Shown here in pieces: positions 20,221-29,439 of a stretch of 64,000 nucleotides of DNA. The stretch's first letter is position 1, and each line of letters opens with the position of its first letter. The translations under genes were made by a program, and so were the position numbers. Under the pieces are notes generated by a model. That model did not search any database. It was not told the DNA's origin and worked only from the letters and a program-made list of their open reading frames with translations. The stretch covers positions 352,001-416,000 of the forward strand of contig CAVYES010000006.1 of the NCBI GenBank assembly GCA_963767735.1. The letters run 5' to 3'. Origin of the DNA: Candidatus Bathyarchaeota archaeon (GTDB taxonomy: Archaea; Thermoproteota; Bathyarchaeia; Bathyarchaeales; Bathycorpusculaceae).

Positions 20221-21011
20221 TGTCATCACTTGTTACACGAGTTAGACTAAAGCAGATTGAGCAGTTTATCGAAAAGGGAAAACGCCTAGATGAACGCGGT
20301 TTGCGTGATACCCGAGAAATCAAAATTGAACAGGGTTTGATTGAGAAAGCTGAAGGTTCAGCTAGAGTTTTGCTTGGAAAGACACAGGTCCTTGTAGGCG
20401 TAAAAGTTGAAACTGGCGAACCATTCCCTGACACACCTAACGAAGGCGTCTTAACTGTTAACGCTGAGCTTGTTCCAATAGCTTCTCCGAATTTTGAGGC
20501 AGGACCACCTAACGAAGACTCCATTGAATTGGCCAGAGTTGTTGACAGAGGAATACGCGAGTCAAAAGTAATCGACAATGAAAAGCTTTGCATAGAGCCA
20601 GGCAAAAAAGTGTTCGTAGTGTTCGTAGACGTTTATGTGCTTAATCACGATGGAAACTTGATTGACGCTTCAGCTATAGCGGCCATGGCTGCCTTGCTAA
20701 ACACAAAGATGCCTAACTACGAAATCAAAGACGGCGAACTAAAGATTAAGCAGGGTTATACACCGTTACCCGTGAAAAGCCACCCAGTAACCGTTACTAT
20801 AGGAAAAATCAATGGTTCTCTCATAGTTGATCCTGGTCTGGAAGAAGAGCAAGTTATGGATTCGCGAATCTCGATGGCTATCAACGAGGAAGGACACATT
20901 TGCGCTGTTCAGAAGGGCGGCTCAGGCTATTTCACACCGCAACAGATTTTAGAGGCATCAAAGATTGCTCAGGAGAAAGCAGTAGAAATACGCAAGAAGC
21001 TTAATTGGTGA
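20220..21011 (+). CDS. rrp42: Exosome subunit Rrp42
   Basis: KAEGSA, IELARVVDRGIRES, HDGNLIDA. Confidence 0.97.
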   Translation: MSSLVTRVRLKQIEQFIEKGKRLDERGLRDTREIKIEQGLIEKAEGSARVLLGKTQVLVGVKVETGEPFPDTPNEGVLTVNAELVPIASPNFEAGPPNEDSIELARVVDRGIRESKVIDNEKLCIEPGKKVFVVFVDVYVLNHDGNLIDASAIAAMAALLNTKMPNYEIKDGELKIKQGYTPLPVKSHPVTVTIGKINGSLIVDPGLEEEQVMDSRISMAINEEGHICAVQKGGSGYFTPQQILEASKIAQEKAVEIRKKLNW

Positions 21012-21346
21012 AAAAGTTGCCTAAAACAAAGAAAGTCGGTCCAACAAGAGGTTTAGGTCCACGTTACGGTGCCACAGTTAGGAAACGCTATATCAAAGTA
21101 ATAACCGAACTCAAAAGACCACACAAATGCCCAAGTTGCGGCTTCGTACGCGTTAGGCGTGAAAGCGTCGGCGTCTGGAAATGCAACAAATGCAGCTTCA
21201 CTTTTTCAGGCGGAGCCTACACTCCAACGACTAAACTGGGTATTGTAGCTAAGCGTGCAGCTAAAGGTTTGACCGTGGAGGAAGCCACAAAAGAAGCAGC
21301 CAAAGCTGAAGCTGTCGAGACGGCAACCGAAGAAGAAACCGACTAA
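21005..21346 (+). CDS. rpl37ae: 50S ribosomal protein L37ae (eL43) with acidic C-terminal tail
   Basis: GPRYGATVRKR, CPSC...WKCNKC..FSGGAYTP. Confidence 0.96.
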   Translation: MVKKLPKTKKVGPTRGLGPRYGATVRKRYIKVITELKRPHKCPSCGFVRVRRESVGVWKCNKCSFTFSGGAYTPTTKLGIVAKRAAKGLTVEEATKEAAKAEAVETATEEETD

Positions 21347-21460
21347 CTTTCTCTTTTAATTTATTTTTTGTTTTTATTTTAGGTTTGTTTTTAGTCCAAG
21401 ATGCTGTTGCTGTGCTTTTATCATTCTTATTTTAACTATTAATAGTGTCCTCTCCTCTTT

Positions 21461-21585
21461 TGTAAAAGTTTGTTTTAAGTTGCTTTTTTGGTTTAGGATT
21501 TGCATCTGGTTTAACTCGCGGTTAAAAATGGTTGAAAATGGTAAAGAAAGGTGTGAAAAGGTTAAAAAAGGCTAGAAAAGGTGCT
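21461..21585 (-). repeat. Dispersed element copy D (inverted): 10-bp periodic array plus conserved core
   Basis: Plus-strand decamers gttaaaaatg gttgaaaatg gtaaagaaag gtgtgaaaag gttaaaaaag gctagaaaag. The reverse complement of 21471-21496 is CTAAACCAAAAAAGCAACTTAAAACA. Confidence 0.8.
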
Positions 21586-21689
21586 TTTTCATGGATTCAC
21601 TGAGGTTCAAAATAAGGGAAGCCAAATCGGCTTTAGCTTCGGTTTTTGTTTATTAATTGGGCTTCATTGATTAATCTTGGGCGCTCTAA

Positions 21690-21947
21690 ATGGCAACTAA
21701 TGCAAAAGCTACTATTCGCTTAAAACTTCTCTCGGACAAACAGCTGACCACGCTTCTCAATGCATTAACGCCGGAGGCCAACGCGCCGGCAACAAGACGC
21801 GCCAAAGTAAAATTGAAAAAAGACGGCTTATTTTTGACATTGACGGTTGAGGCAGATGACACCGTGGCTTTGCGCTCAACACTGAATGCTTATTTACGTT
21901 GGATAGCCTCAATAGTTAATGTCATATCGTTGGTAGCGCAAGCTTAA
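21690..21947 (+). CDS. pcc1: KEOPS complex subunit Pcc1
   Basis: ALTPE...LTVEADDTVALRSTLNAYLRWI. Confidence 0.9.
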   Translation: MATNAKATIRLKLLSDKQLTTLLNALTPEANAPATRRAKVKLKKDGLFLTLTVEADDTVALRSTLNAYLRWIASIVNVISLVAQA

Positions 21948-22047
21948 TTTTTTGGGTTATATCGCTTTTATGTTTGGTAGCGAAAAATTTTGATGTTAAC
22001 TTAAATACTTAAGCGTGTCAAATCTCCGATTAGCTGAGCCAAGATCG

Positions 22048-22494
22048 ATGAGCAACAACAAAGACTCAGAGAACAGCATAGAGGAAGTAAGCAAAAAACT
22101 AGACCAGATCCTAAGCCGCCTAAGCCTGCTCGAAGAATTAATAACGGAAAAGCCCGAGTTTGAAGGCCTAACTGCTGCGCTAAGGCTTACCCGCGTAGGA
22201 GTTGGCATGTACGGTGAACCACTGAAAATCGCCGCCAGATTGAAAGATGCACAAGCATTTCTTCAACAAAAAGCCATCGCACAAGATGACATTTCACGCT
22301 GCGTAATTCAGGCGTTAGCCGTAAAAGGGGCACTCAACATTTCGGCAATCACGCGGCAAGTGTCTGCCATGCGAGGGAAAGCGAGCAGGCGCATAGTTCG
22401 GCAAAGGGTTCAGAAGCTTCATCAACAAGGCATTCTTGTGAAGGTGGACGGTAAACCTCCGACTTATGAATTGGCAAATAAGGCTGCCCATTAA
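22048..22494 (+). CDS. Coiled-coil plus C-terminal winged-helix protein, probable regulator
   Basis: N-terminal KKLDQILSRLSLLEELI; C-terminal LNISAITRQV...SRRIVRQRVQKLHQQGIL. Confidence 0.7.
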   Translation: MSNNKDSENSIEEVSKKLDQILSRLSLLEELITEKPEFEGLTAALRLTRVGVGMYGEPLKIAARLKDAQAFLQQKAIAQDDISRCVIQALAVKGALNISAITRQVSAMRGKASRRIVRQRVQKLHQQGILVKVDGKPPTYELANKAAH

Positions 22495-22534
22495 CTTGGT
22501 CACTTTTGTGCAGAAGCCACAAATTAAGTGACCA
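22493..22534. promoter_or_regulatory. Palindromic site TGGTCAC-N24-GTGACCA, copy 1
   Basis: 33 of 42 nt identical to 23247-23288, with the same spacing. Confidence 0.65.
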
Positions 22535-22595
22535 GACTATATGTTATCAAAATGCTTGGAGTTGATTTGAGACGTCAAATATTTGGTTTAGCCTA

Positions 22596-23084
22596 ATGGC
22601 GGCAGAATTTAAAATAAGAGATTATCTTCATCCCCGCCAAGAAATCATAAAAGAAGTAGAGATAAAAGCAGGATTTCAAGTGCTGGATTACGGCTGCGGA
22701 CCAGGCGGTTACGTGCCTCCGGTCTCGGAAGCCATAGGGTCGACAGGTACACTGTACGCTTTGGACGCTATGCCCATTGCCATCAAGATGGTCACCAAAA
22801 TCGTTGCAAAAAACGAACTCAAGAACGTGAAAACAGTTCTTTCGGATTGCGCCACTGGGCTTCAAAACGAAGCGTTAGACGTTGTTTTGCTTTATGATGT
22901 CTTTCATGATTTATCCGACCAAAATGCCGTTTTAAAAGAACTTCACCGAGTATTGAAGCCAAACGGTCAATTATCGTTCAGTGACCATCACATGAAAGAG
23001 AACGACATCATCTCAGTAATAACAGGCACGGGCTTGTTTAAACTCCAAAAGAAAGGCAAGTACACTTACAGCTTCACCAAATAA
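22596..23084 (+). CDS. Class I SAM-dependent methyltransferase
   Basis: VLDYGCGPG, ELHRVLKPNG. Confidence 0.92.
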   Translation: MAAEFKIRDYLHPRQEIIKEVEIKAGFQVLDYGCGPGGYVPPVSEAIGSTGTLYALDAMPIAIKMVTKIVAKNELKNVKTVLSDCATGLQNEALDVVLLYDVFHDLSDQNAVLKELHRVLKPNGQLSFSDHHMKENDIISVITGTGLFKLQKKGKYTYSFTK

Positions 23085-23246
23085 AACGGCGGCGGGATAT
23101 AATCTCCGCGTATTTTTCTTTTTGTGTTCCTCTCCTTTCTATCTACCCATAGTTAGTCGATTTCTTTTAATTTACTATTTGAGTCTGGAACTACAAGCTT
23201 AGATGGCACATTTTTTCAGTAAGAGTTGGCTTAAAATTTGACCAGT

Positions 23247-23288
23247 AACTTGGTCACTTTTGCACAGAACATCTAACTTAGGTGACCA
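23247..23288. promoter_or_regulatory. Palindromic site TGGTCAC-N24-GTGACCA, copy 2
   Basis: See copy 1. An extra TGACCA at 23239-23244 forms a second palindrome. Confidence 0.65.
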
Positions 23289-23316
23289 CCCCTTATTGTT
23301 TTAAGGAGCAAACAAC

Positions 23317-23634
23317 ATGTCTCAAGAAGAAAGAAAAAACAAAAAGATGGATCCAGAAAACCTAAAAGAGCTACTCAGCGTTGTCTCGACTGAAGTTCCC
23401 ACAATGATAAAAAGCATAGTAAACACAGTGTTCTCTGAAGAAGCGGGACGCAACATGGGCAAAGCAGCTGCAGCATACTACAAAGAGCTTAAAGCAGGCG
23501 GATTGCCAGATGAAGTTGCAGTTAAGCTGACACAGGAGTACATGCAGACATTCACCAACTTCGGCTCTATGCTTAGAGCTGGCGGCAATGGCATGTGGGG
23601 AAAGCATATGCATTCAAGGGAGGCAGACGAGTAG
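23317..23634 (+). CDS. Conserved-looking archaeal helical hypothetical protein
   Basis: GRNMGKAAAAYYKELKAGGLPDEVAVKLTQEY; AGGAG RBS. Confidence 0.75.
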   Translation: MSQEERKNKKMDPENLKELLSVVSTEVPTMIKSIVNTVFSEEAGRNMGKAAAAYYKELKAGGLPDEVAVKLTQEYMQTFTNFGSMLRAGGNGMWGKHMHSREADE

Positions 23635-23661
23635 CTCCTCTCTTTTTCTTAAAGGTGGAAC

Positions 23662-23922
23662 TTGAAAATGACTGAAGGTAAATGGGTCACACCGATGTTT
23701 AAGTCAACACCTCATATGGCAATCTTAATCCTTACATTAGCATGGACATACTTCACACTCGGATGGAAAGTGCGAAGAACAAGGAGAGCGTTTGAAAAGC
23801 AAGTGATGGCACAAGGCATGTCCAAAGAGGATGCGCAGCAACTTAGTGCGTGCTTCACTGACCTCAAAAACAGCATTACCCGCACGGTCAAGCAGGGCTT
23901 GACAAATGGTGGGTTTCGATAA
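23662..23922 (+). CDS. Small membrane-anchored hypothetical protein
   Basis: One hydrophobic helix followed by RRAFEKQVMAQGMSKEDAQQL; co-oriented with the previous gene. Confidence 0.65.
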   Translation: MKMTEGKWVTPMFKSTPHMAILILTLAWTYFTLGWKVRRTRRAFEKQVMAQGMSKEDAQQLSACFTDLKNSITRTVKQGLTNGGFR

Positions 23923-24060
23923 AATTTTTGCAAGCCATTATATTAGGATGAGGATGTTCGATTGAATCGTTCTGGCTTAGAATGCCTAAAATCGAGTTTC
24001 CCGCGAGTGTTTGCTTGTCAAAGACGTTGGTGAGGGAGCTTTATTTTAAATGATTAAGTT

Positions 24061-24318
24061 TTACTTGTACTTTGTCTTGAGCGTTAAAATTACAAGGGCC
24101 TGAATGAAGGCTAAAGAGTTGGCAACCATTATCGGCATATTCTTCAGGTAAACCCCGTAAATAAACCACAAGAACACGCCTCCGCAGTATAGCAAGAACA
24201 TGCCTGTTGAGATGTCTTTGGTTGATTTGGTTTTCCAAACCTTGATTAACTGCGGAAAAAGTGAGACTGTTGTGAAGACAGCGGCGATTAACCCAATTAT
24301 TGTTATTGTATCTATCAT
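24061..24318 (-). CDS. SemiSWEET / PQ-loop family transporter
   Basis: SLFPQLIKVWKTKSTKDIS, LWFIYG, PIMVAN. Confidence 0.92.
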   Translation of the reverse strand: MIDTITIIGLIAAVFTTVSLFPQLIKVWKTKSTKDISTGMFLLYCGGVFLWFIYGVYLKNMPIMVANSLAFIQALVILTLKTKYK

Positions 24319-24506
24319 ATTCTTGTTGCTAGTTTACATGAGATTGGTATTTATGTTTCGCTTACTAAAACAAAACTGTCCATCGAGAACCCAATAACCT
24401 GAGATGCTGATTGACGGTTGATGTTGCCTTTGGGTCAAAAAGGTTTAAATAAATACTGTTTCATTTCGTATATGCTTTAAAGCTTAAAAACGGATGAAAA
24501 TTTAAC

Positions 24507-24998
24507 ATGTCACAGGAATATCGCTATATACTTCGTATTATGGGTACAGACGTTCAAGGTACCCTTAAGGTTTCTTACGCAGTGGCGCAAGTAAAAGGAG
24601 TAAGCATGAGCCTTTCAAACGCAATCTTGAAGAAGGCGGGAGTGAACCCTGATCTGCGAGTAGGCTTAATAACAGAATCAGACGTATCAAAAATAGAGGA
24701 TGTCATTAAAGATCCAGCAAAATATAGCCTGCCAACTTGGCTTTTTAACAGGCGAAAAGACTCTGAAACAGGAAAAGACATGCATCTTTTAAGCGCTGAC
24801 TTAGTTTTGAGAACAAAACAGGATATTGATGAGGCAAAAAACATTAGGTCTTGGCGTGGATACCGCCATGCTTACGGCTTGAAAGTTCGTGGGCAACATA
24901 CAAAAACCACTGGAAGAGCTGGCAAAGCCTTAGGAGTCAAAAAGAAGACTTTGCTGCAGAAGCCTGGTGGAGCACCAGCCGCTGAAGGAGGCAAATAA
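24507..24998 (+). CDS. rps13: 30S ribosomal protein S13
   Basis: [31 protein letters not shown]. Confidence 0.98.
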   Translation: MSQEYRYILRIMGTDVQGTLKVSYAVAQVKGVSMSLSNAILKKAGVNPDLRVGLITESDVSKIEDVIKDPAKYSLPTWLFNRRKDSETGKDMHLLSADLVLRTKQDIDEAKNIRSWRGYRHAYGLKVRGQHTKTTGRAGKALGVKKKTLLQKPGGAPAAEGGK

Positions 24999-25000
24999 GT

Positions 25001-25591
25001 ATGGGAGATCCAAAGAAGCAGCGTAAGAAATTTGATACTCCCCGTTTTCGATGGCGCAAAGATATCCTTCAGGAAGAACTCAAATTGGTAGGTCAATATG
25101 GCTTACGAAACAAGCATGAACTTTGGCGTCTTAAAACTACTTTGTCAAAAACCAGGGGAATCGCCCGGTTACTTGTCAGCAGAACTCCTGAAGAACGCGA
25201 AAAAATGGAGAACGAGCAGCTTGCCAAACTCAAAAAACTCGGCATTCTGCAAGAAACCGCTGTGTTGGACAACGTTTTAGACTTAACCATTGAGGACATT
25301 TTAGAACGTAGACTTCAAACAATCGTTTTCCGCAAAGGTTTAGCAAGAACAATTTTCCAATCACGCCAACTAATCACCCACGGACACATAACGATAGATG
25401 GTCGCCGAGTAACAATCCCCGGCTACATAGTGCCCAAAGCAGATGAAACAAACATCATCTATTCCCCAGAGAGTGCAGTTGCAAAACAAGAACACCCGTT
25501 ACGCGTCGGATTAAGCGTCGTAGCTAAACAACCAGAAATTAGGCAGCCTGCCCGAGGCGGAAGAAGAGGCGGAAGAGGCGGCAGATTTTGA
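25001..25591 (+). CDS. rps4: 30S ribosomal protein S4
   Basis: [26 protein letters not shown]. Confidence 0.98.
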   Translation: MGDPKKQRKKFDTPRFRWRKDILQEELKLVGQYGLRNKHELWRLKTTLSKTRGIARLLVSRTPEEREKMENEQLAKLKKLGILQETAVLDNVLDLTIEDILERRLQTIVFRKGLARTIFQSRQLITHGHITIDGRRVTIPGYIVPKADETNIIYSPESAVAKQEHPLRVGLSVVAKQPEIRQPARGGRRGGRGGRF

Positions 25592-25998
25592 GCAGCAACG
25601 CCAACAGCAAACGCAATGACAAATGGGCAATTGTCCACATCTTCAGCTCCTACAATAACACACTAATTCACATAACTGACATTTCAGGCGCAGAAACAAT
25701 CGCTCGTACTAGCGGCGGGATGTTCGTTAAAGCAGACCGCATGGAATCATCACCTTACGCTGCCATGCGTGCAGCAACGGGCGCAGCTGAAGTAGCGAGG
25801 GATAAAGGAATAACAGCCATCCACATTAAAGTGCGAGCGCCAGGCGGTTCGGGGCCAAGAACTCCGGGGCCAGGTGCTCAAGCAGCCATTCGTGCTCTTG
25901 CAAGATTTGGTTTCCGTATTGAGCGGATTGAAGAAGTTACACCTATTCCCCACGACGGCACAAGAAGGCCTGGCGGCAGAAGAGGAAGAAGAGTTTAA
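25588..25998 (+). CDS. rps11: 30S ribosomal protein S11
   Basis: [33 protein letters not shown]. Confidence 0.98.
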   Translation: MSSNANSKRNDKWAIVHIFSSYNNTLIHITDISGAETIARTSGGMFVKADRMESSPYAAMRAATGAAEVARDKGITAIHIKVRAPGGSGPRTPGPGAQAAIRALARFGFRIERIEEVTPIPHDGTRRPGGRRGRRV

Positions 25999-26083
25999 TC
26001 TCAATTTTCCCTTCTTTATTAACAGAAAAATTGAAATAATGCACCAATATCTGTATTGAACGCATTATTGGAGTGTCTAGCAA

Positions 26084-26899
26084 GTGAAAATAGAAATCCT
26101 AGAAAAAAACGATAACAACCTCCGCATAATCGTAAGAGAAGCGGACGTTCCGTTAATGAACGCTCTGCGTCGAATAGCACTTGCTGAGGTACCCACCATG
26201 GCAATTGAAGAAGTTGTCATGATAGAAAATTCGTCAATTTTGCAAGATGAAATAATCGCCCATCGGCTAGGGCTAACGCCACTAAAAACTGACTTGGACG
26301 CTTACAATCTTCCTGAAGTATGCGAATGTAAAAGCGAATTCGGCTGCGCACAATGTCGAGTGACGCTTACGCTGGATGCGGAAGCGAAGGAAGGAACAAG
26401 AACAGTTTATTCAGGCGAAATCGTTTCAGAAAATCCCGAAATTATCCCAGTGTCAGACAAGATCCCGATAGTGAAGCTGGCTAAAAACCAGAAATTAAAA
26501 CTTGAAGCCTATGCACGGCTCGGAAGAGGTAAAATCCACGCCAAGTGGCAGCCAGTTTCAATGTGTGCTTACAAATATTTTCCACAGATAACCGTTCCAA
26601 CTGAGAAATGTGAAGAATGCGGAAAATGCGTGGACATTTGCCCCAGGAAAGTGTTCACTTACAAGGAAGAGAAAGTTGATGTTAGAGACCTCTTAGCATG
26701 CAACCTTTGCATGGACTGTGTTGAAGCATGCCCCAAAAAACCAGCGCCTTTGAAGGTTGAATGGGAAAAGAATGCTTTCATAATGAACATTGAGTCAACA
26801 GGCGCGCTTCCTCCAGAACGTATCCTTAAAGAAGCTGCCAAAACGTTAGGCAAACAATTAAACGAATTTGAAGAATTAGTAAAGGCTGAACAACAATGA
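26084..26899 (+). CDS. rpoD: RNA polymerase subunit D (Rpo3) with 2x[4Fe-4S] ferredoxin-like insert
   Basis: NALRRI..AEVPTMAI, AHRLGL, HAKWQP, CEECGKCVDICP and CNLCMDCVEACP. Confidence 0.97.
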   Translation: MKIEILEKNDNNLRIIVREADVPLMNALRRIALAEVPTMAIEEVVMIENSSILQDEIIAHRLGLTPLKTDLDAYNLPEVCECKSEFGCAQCRVTLTLDAEAKEGTRTVYSGEIVSENPEIIPVSDKIPIVKLAKNQKLKLEAYARLGRGKIHAKWQPVSMCAYKYFPQITVPTEKCEECGKCVDICPRKVFTYKEEKVDVRDLLACNLCMDCVEACPKKPAPLKVEWEKNAFIMNIESTGALPPERILKEAAKTLGKQLNEFEELVKAEQQ

Positions 26900-27258
26900 G
26901 AGAAACCAAAACAACAAACCCGGAATTAATCCAGCTTATTCGCCTTCTAAAGAAAGAAAGCCGAGAAAAACAAGCAGCCATCTGGCTAGATGTTGCCGAC
27001 CATTTGTCCAAAACACGGAGTCAACGCATCTCTGTTAACCTGAGCAGAATAAACAGGAACACTAAGAGAAGCGATATAGTAGTAGTTCCCGGAAAACTCT
27101 TGGGTTCAGGAAGCATAAACCATGCAGTAACGGTGGCGTCTTTTGGTGCTTCTGAGAAAGCGAAGGCAAAACTTGTTGCTGCCAAAGCAAAATATCTTTC
27201 AATCCCTGAGCTCTTAGAGAAAAATCCAACCGGCGCAAAAATAAAGATTATTCGGTGA
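26896..27258 (+). CDS. rpl18e: 50S ribosomal protein L18e
   Basis: TNPEL, VNLSRINR, VVPGKLLGSG. Confidence 0.97.
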   Translation: MRETKTTNPELIQLIRLLKKESREKQAAIWLDVADHLSKTRSQRISVNLSRINRNTKRSDIVVVPGKLLGSGSINHAVTVASFGASEKAKAKLVAAKAKYLSIPELLEKNPTGAKIKIIR

Positions 27259-27710
27259 AAAAAATGCAAACAACAAAACCGTCTGTCACACTGGTAAATG
27301 CTGAAGGATTAATAGTTGGCAGAATGTGTAGTAAAGTTGCCAAAAGATTACTAAACGGCGAAGACGTAATCATCCTTAACGCTGAGAAAGCCGTGTTCTC
27401 AGGCAAAAAGAAGAGCAAAGTTTTAGAAGCCCACATCTTTCTTGAAGTTGGCGCTCCAAGGCGCGGTCCATTCCATTACAGAAGACCCGATCGTTTCCTG
27501 CGAAAAGCCGTAAGAGGGATGGTTCCGTATAAGCAGCCGAAAGGCAAAAACGCCTATAAACGGCTCAAAGTATTTATGGGCGTACCTTTAGAGTTCAAAA
27601 ACCAAGAAATGATCACTTTCACAGAAGCTTCAGCTGCTAATCTTAAAGGGCCACATTTCACCCTTGGAGAAATGGCGAAAGAAATCGGATGGAACGACAG
27701 GATGAAATAA
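27255..27710 (+). CDS. rpl13: 50S ribosomal protein L13
   Basis: GRMCSKVAKRLL, GPFHYRRPD, VRGMVP. Confidence 0.97.
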   Translation: MKKMQTTKPSVTLVNAEGLIVGRMCSKVAKRLLNGEDVIILNAEKAVFSGKKKSKVLEAHIFLEVGAPRRGPFHYRRPDRFLRKAVRGMVPYKQPKGKNAYKRLKVFMGVPLEFKNQEMITFTEASAANLKGPHFTLGEMAKEIGWNDRMK

Positions 27711-27712
27711 TT

Positions 27713-28123
27713 ATGCCAGCGAAAAAAGTTTTAGTTGTTAGTGGAAAAAGAAAAACAGCAGTCGCCCGCGCCATAGTTAAACAAGGCGTAGGCAAAGTAC
27801 GAATAAACATGACTCCAGTTGAAATTTACGAGCCAGACATCGCCCGCGCAAAAATAATGGAGCCTCTGCTACAGGCTGGCGGAGACGTTTGGCAGCAACT
27901 AGACATGGATATTAAAACCAGCGGCGGAGGGTACATGGGACAGGCAGAAGCCGCACGAATGGCGGTTGCAAACGCGCTTCTCAAATGGACTAAGAGCACT
28001 CATTTACGCACGGTGTTTTACGAGTATGACCGAACAATGGTTGCTGGAGACTCCCGAACTAAAGAAACCAAAAAGGTCGGCGGAGCAGGCGCAAGGTCAA
28101 AGGAACAGAAAAGTTACAGGTAA
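27713..28123 (+). CDS. rps9: 30S ribosomal protein S9
   Basis: SGKRKTAVARA, GGGYMGQAEA, QKSYR end. Confidence 0.98.
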   Translation: MPAKKVLVVSGKRKTAVARAIVKQGVGKVRINMTPVEIYEPDIARAKIMEPLLQAGGDVWQQLDMDIKTSGGGYMGQAEAARMAVANALLKWTKSTHLRTVFYEYDRTMVAGDSRTKETKKVGGAGARSKEQKSYR

Positions 28124-28138
28124 GGTGGAAAAAAACAA

Positions 28139-28369
28139 ATGATTATTCCCGTAAGATGCTTCACATGCGGCAAACTGGTCGGAGACCAATGGGACGAGTT
28201 CACAAGGCGCATCAAAACCGGCGAGAACGCAAGCGACATCCTAGACAGCCTTGGCTTAAAACGGTACTGTTGCAGACGTATGCTCCTCTCGAACGTCGAA
28301 ATAATCGATGAAGTCCTGCGCTTCTACGAAGAAGCAGAGAAAAGAAAAGAAGCACGCAACCTCTACTAA
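28139..28369 (+). CDS. rpoN: RNA polymerase subunit N (Rpo10)
   Basis: [19 protein letters not shown]. Confidence 0.98.
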   Translation: MIIPVRCFTCGKLVGDQWDEFTRRIKTGENASDILDSLGLKRYCCRRMLLSNVEIIDEVLRFYEEAEKRKEARNLY

Positions 28370-28635
28370 ATCTCTTTTTCTTAACTTAACTAAATAGTTC
28401 CTTCCTTAATGTTACTTTAGCTCTTCAGGAGCTACGTAATTATTACTTGTTTGAGCTTAAACGTTTATTTTGAAATATATTTGTGCGGAAATGTTTTTTC
28501 AAAGCCTATTTGGATCCTATAGATGCCCTATTTGGATCATCCAGAGAACCTGGCAGGTAGGCTGTGCGAGAGAAAGAAGAAACGAATATGGAAACTCACG
28601 TAAAATTTTTGTAAAAAACTCAAAAAACGAAAAAA

Positions 28636-29436
28636 TTAGTGAGAATATAGTTTCTCATAAGGTCTTTTTGATACGGGGAGTATTTTCTTGAATTTGCCGC
28701 TTAGGATTTCTTTGGGGTCTGCGCCGAAGTGACTGCAGTATTCGTTAACTAGCGCTTCAATTGTTTTTAGATCGCGTTTGCCTACGTTTATTGTTTTTGT
28801 GCCGTTGACTGGTTCTAGGATTTCGCCGCGTTCGTAGATTACGCCGCCATGCATTCCTGTGCCGACGAATCTGGCTTTGCATTTTTCGCCTTCCTTCAGG
28901 TTCAAGCCTAAGATTACCATTATTCCGCCCGCCATGTACTCAGCTAAGAAGTCGCCTGCTGTGTGTCCGATGACTATTTGGGGGATTTTGCGTTGGTACT
29001 CTTTCATGTGTATGCCGACTCTGTAGCCGACGTAGTCTCGGACGAAGATGTTTCCGCCCCGCATCGCGTTTCCTGTTACGTCTCCAGCGTGGCCATTTAT
29101 GATTATTTGACCCTCATTCATTGTGTTACCGCAGCCATCTTGTGCGTTGCCATGAATCACCAGTTTGGGTCCATTCATGAAAGCGCCAAGGTCGTTTCCC
29201 GGAGTTCCATAAACGTCGATTTGGATGTTTGTGTCCAAGTCGGTTCCTATGTATCGCTGCCCGCAAACATTATGAATTTCTATTCTTTCAACAGGAGTGC
29301 ATATTGCCTGTCGTAGGAGGCAGTTCAAGTCTCTATAGTATAGTCCTTCTGCGTTGATTTTCAGCACATTGCCTTCTTTTTGTAGGATTGGATTGTATTT
29401 TGTGTCGATTTCCAGTTTCGGTTTCTGTTCAAGCAT
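28636..29436 (-). CDS. Glutamate synthase GXGXG (GltB3-like) subunit
   Basis: GQRYIG, GTPGNDLGAFM, GNAMRGG, AEYMAGG, GTGMHGG. Confidence 0.92.
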   Translation of the reverse strand: MLEQKPKLEIDTKYNPILQKEGNVLKINAEGLYYRDLNCLLRQAICTPVERIEIHNVCGQRYIGTDLDTNIQIDVYGTPGNDLGAFMNGPKLVIHGNAQDGCGNTMNEGQIIINGHAGDVTGNAMRGGNIFVRDYVGYRVGIHMKEYQRKIPQIVIGHTAGDFLAEYMAGGIMVILGLNLKEGEKCKARFVGTGMHGGVIYERGEILEPVNGTKTINVGKRDLKTIEALVNEYCSHFGADPKEILSGKFKKILPVSKRPYEKLYSH

Positions 29437-29439
29437 ATT

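Noticed and set aside
3304-21585. Decamer arrays as CRISPR arrays
   Set aside because: The period is 10 bp, with no 24-47-nt conserved repeat, no spacers and no cas genes.
26084-26899. Fe-S clusters in RpoD as a novelty
   Set aside because: Ferredoxin-like inserts in archaeal Rpo3 are well described.
28505-28538. 12-bp direct repeat CCTATTTGGATC
   Set aside because: Only two copies, between convergent genes, with no other support.
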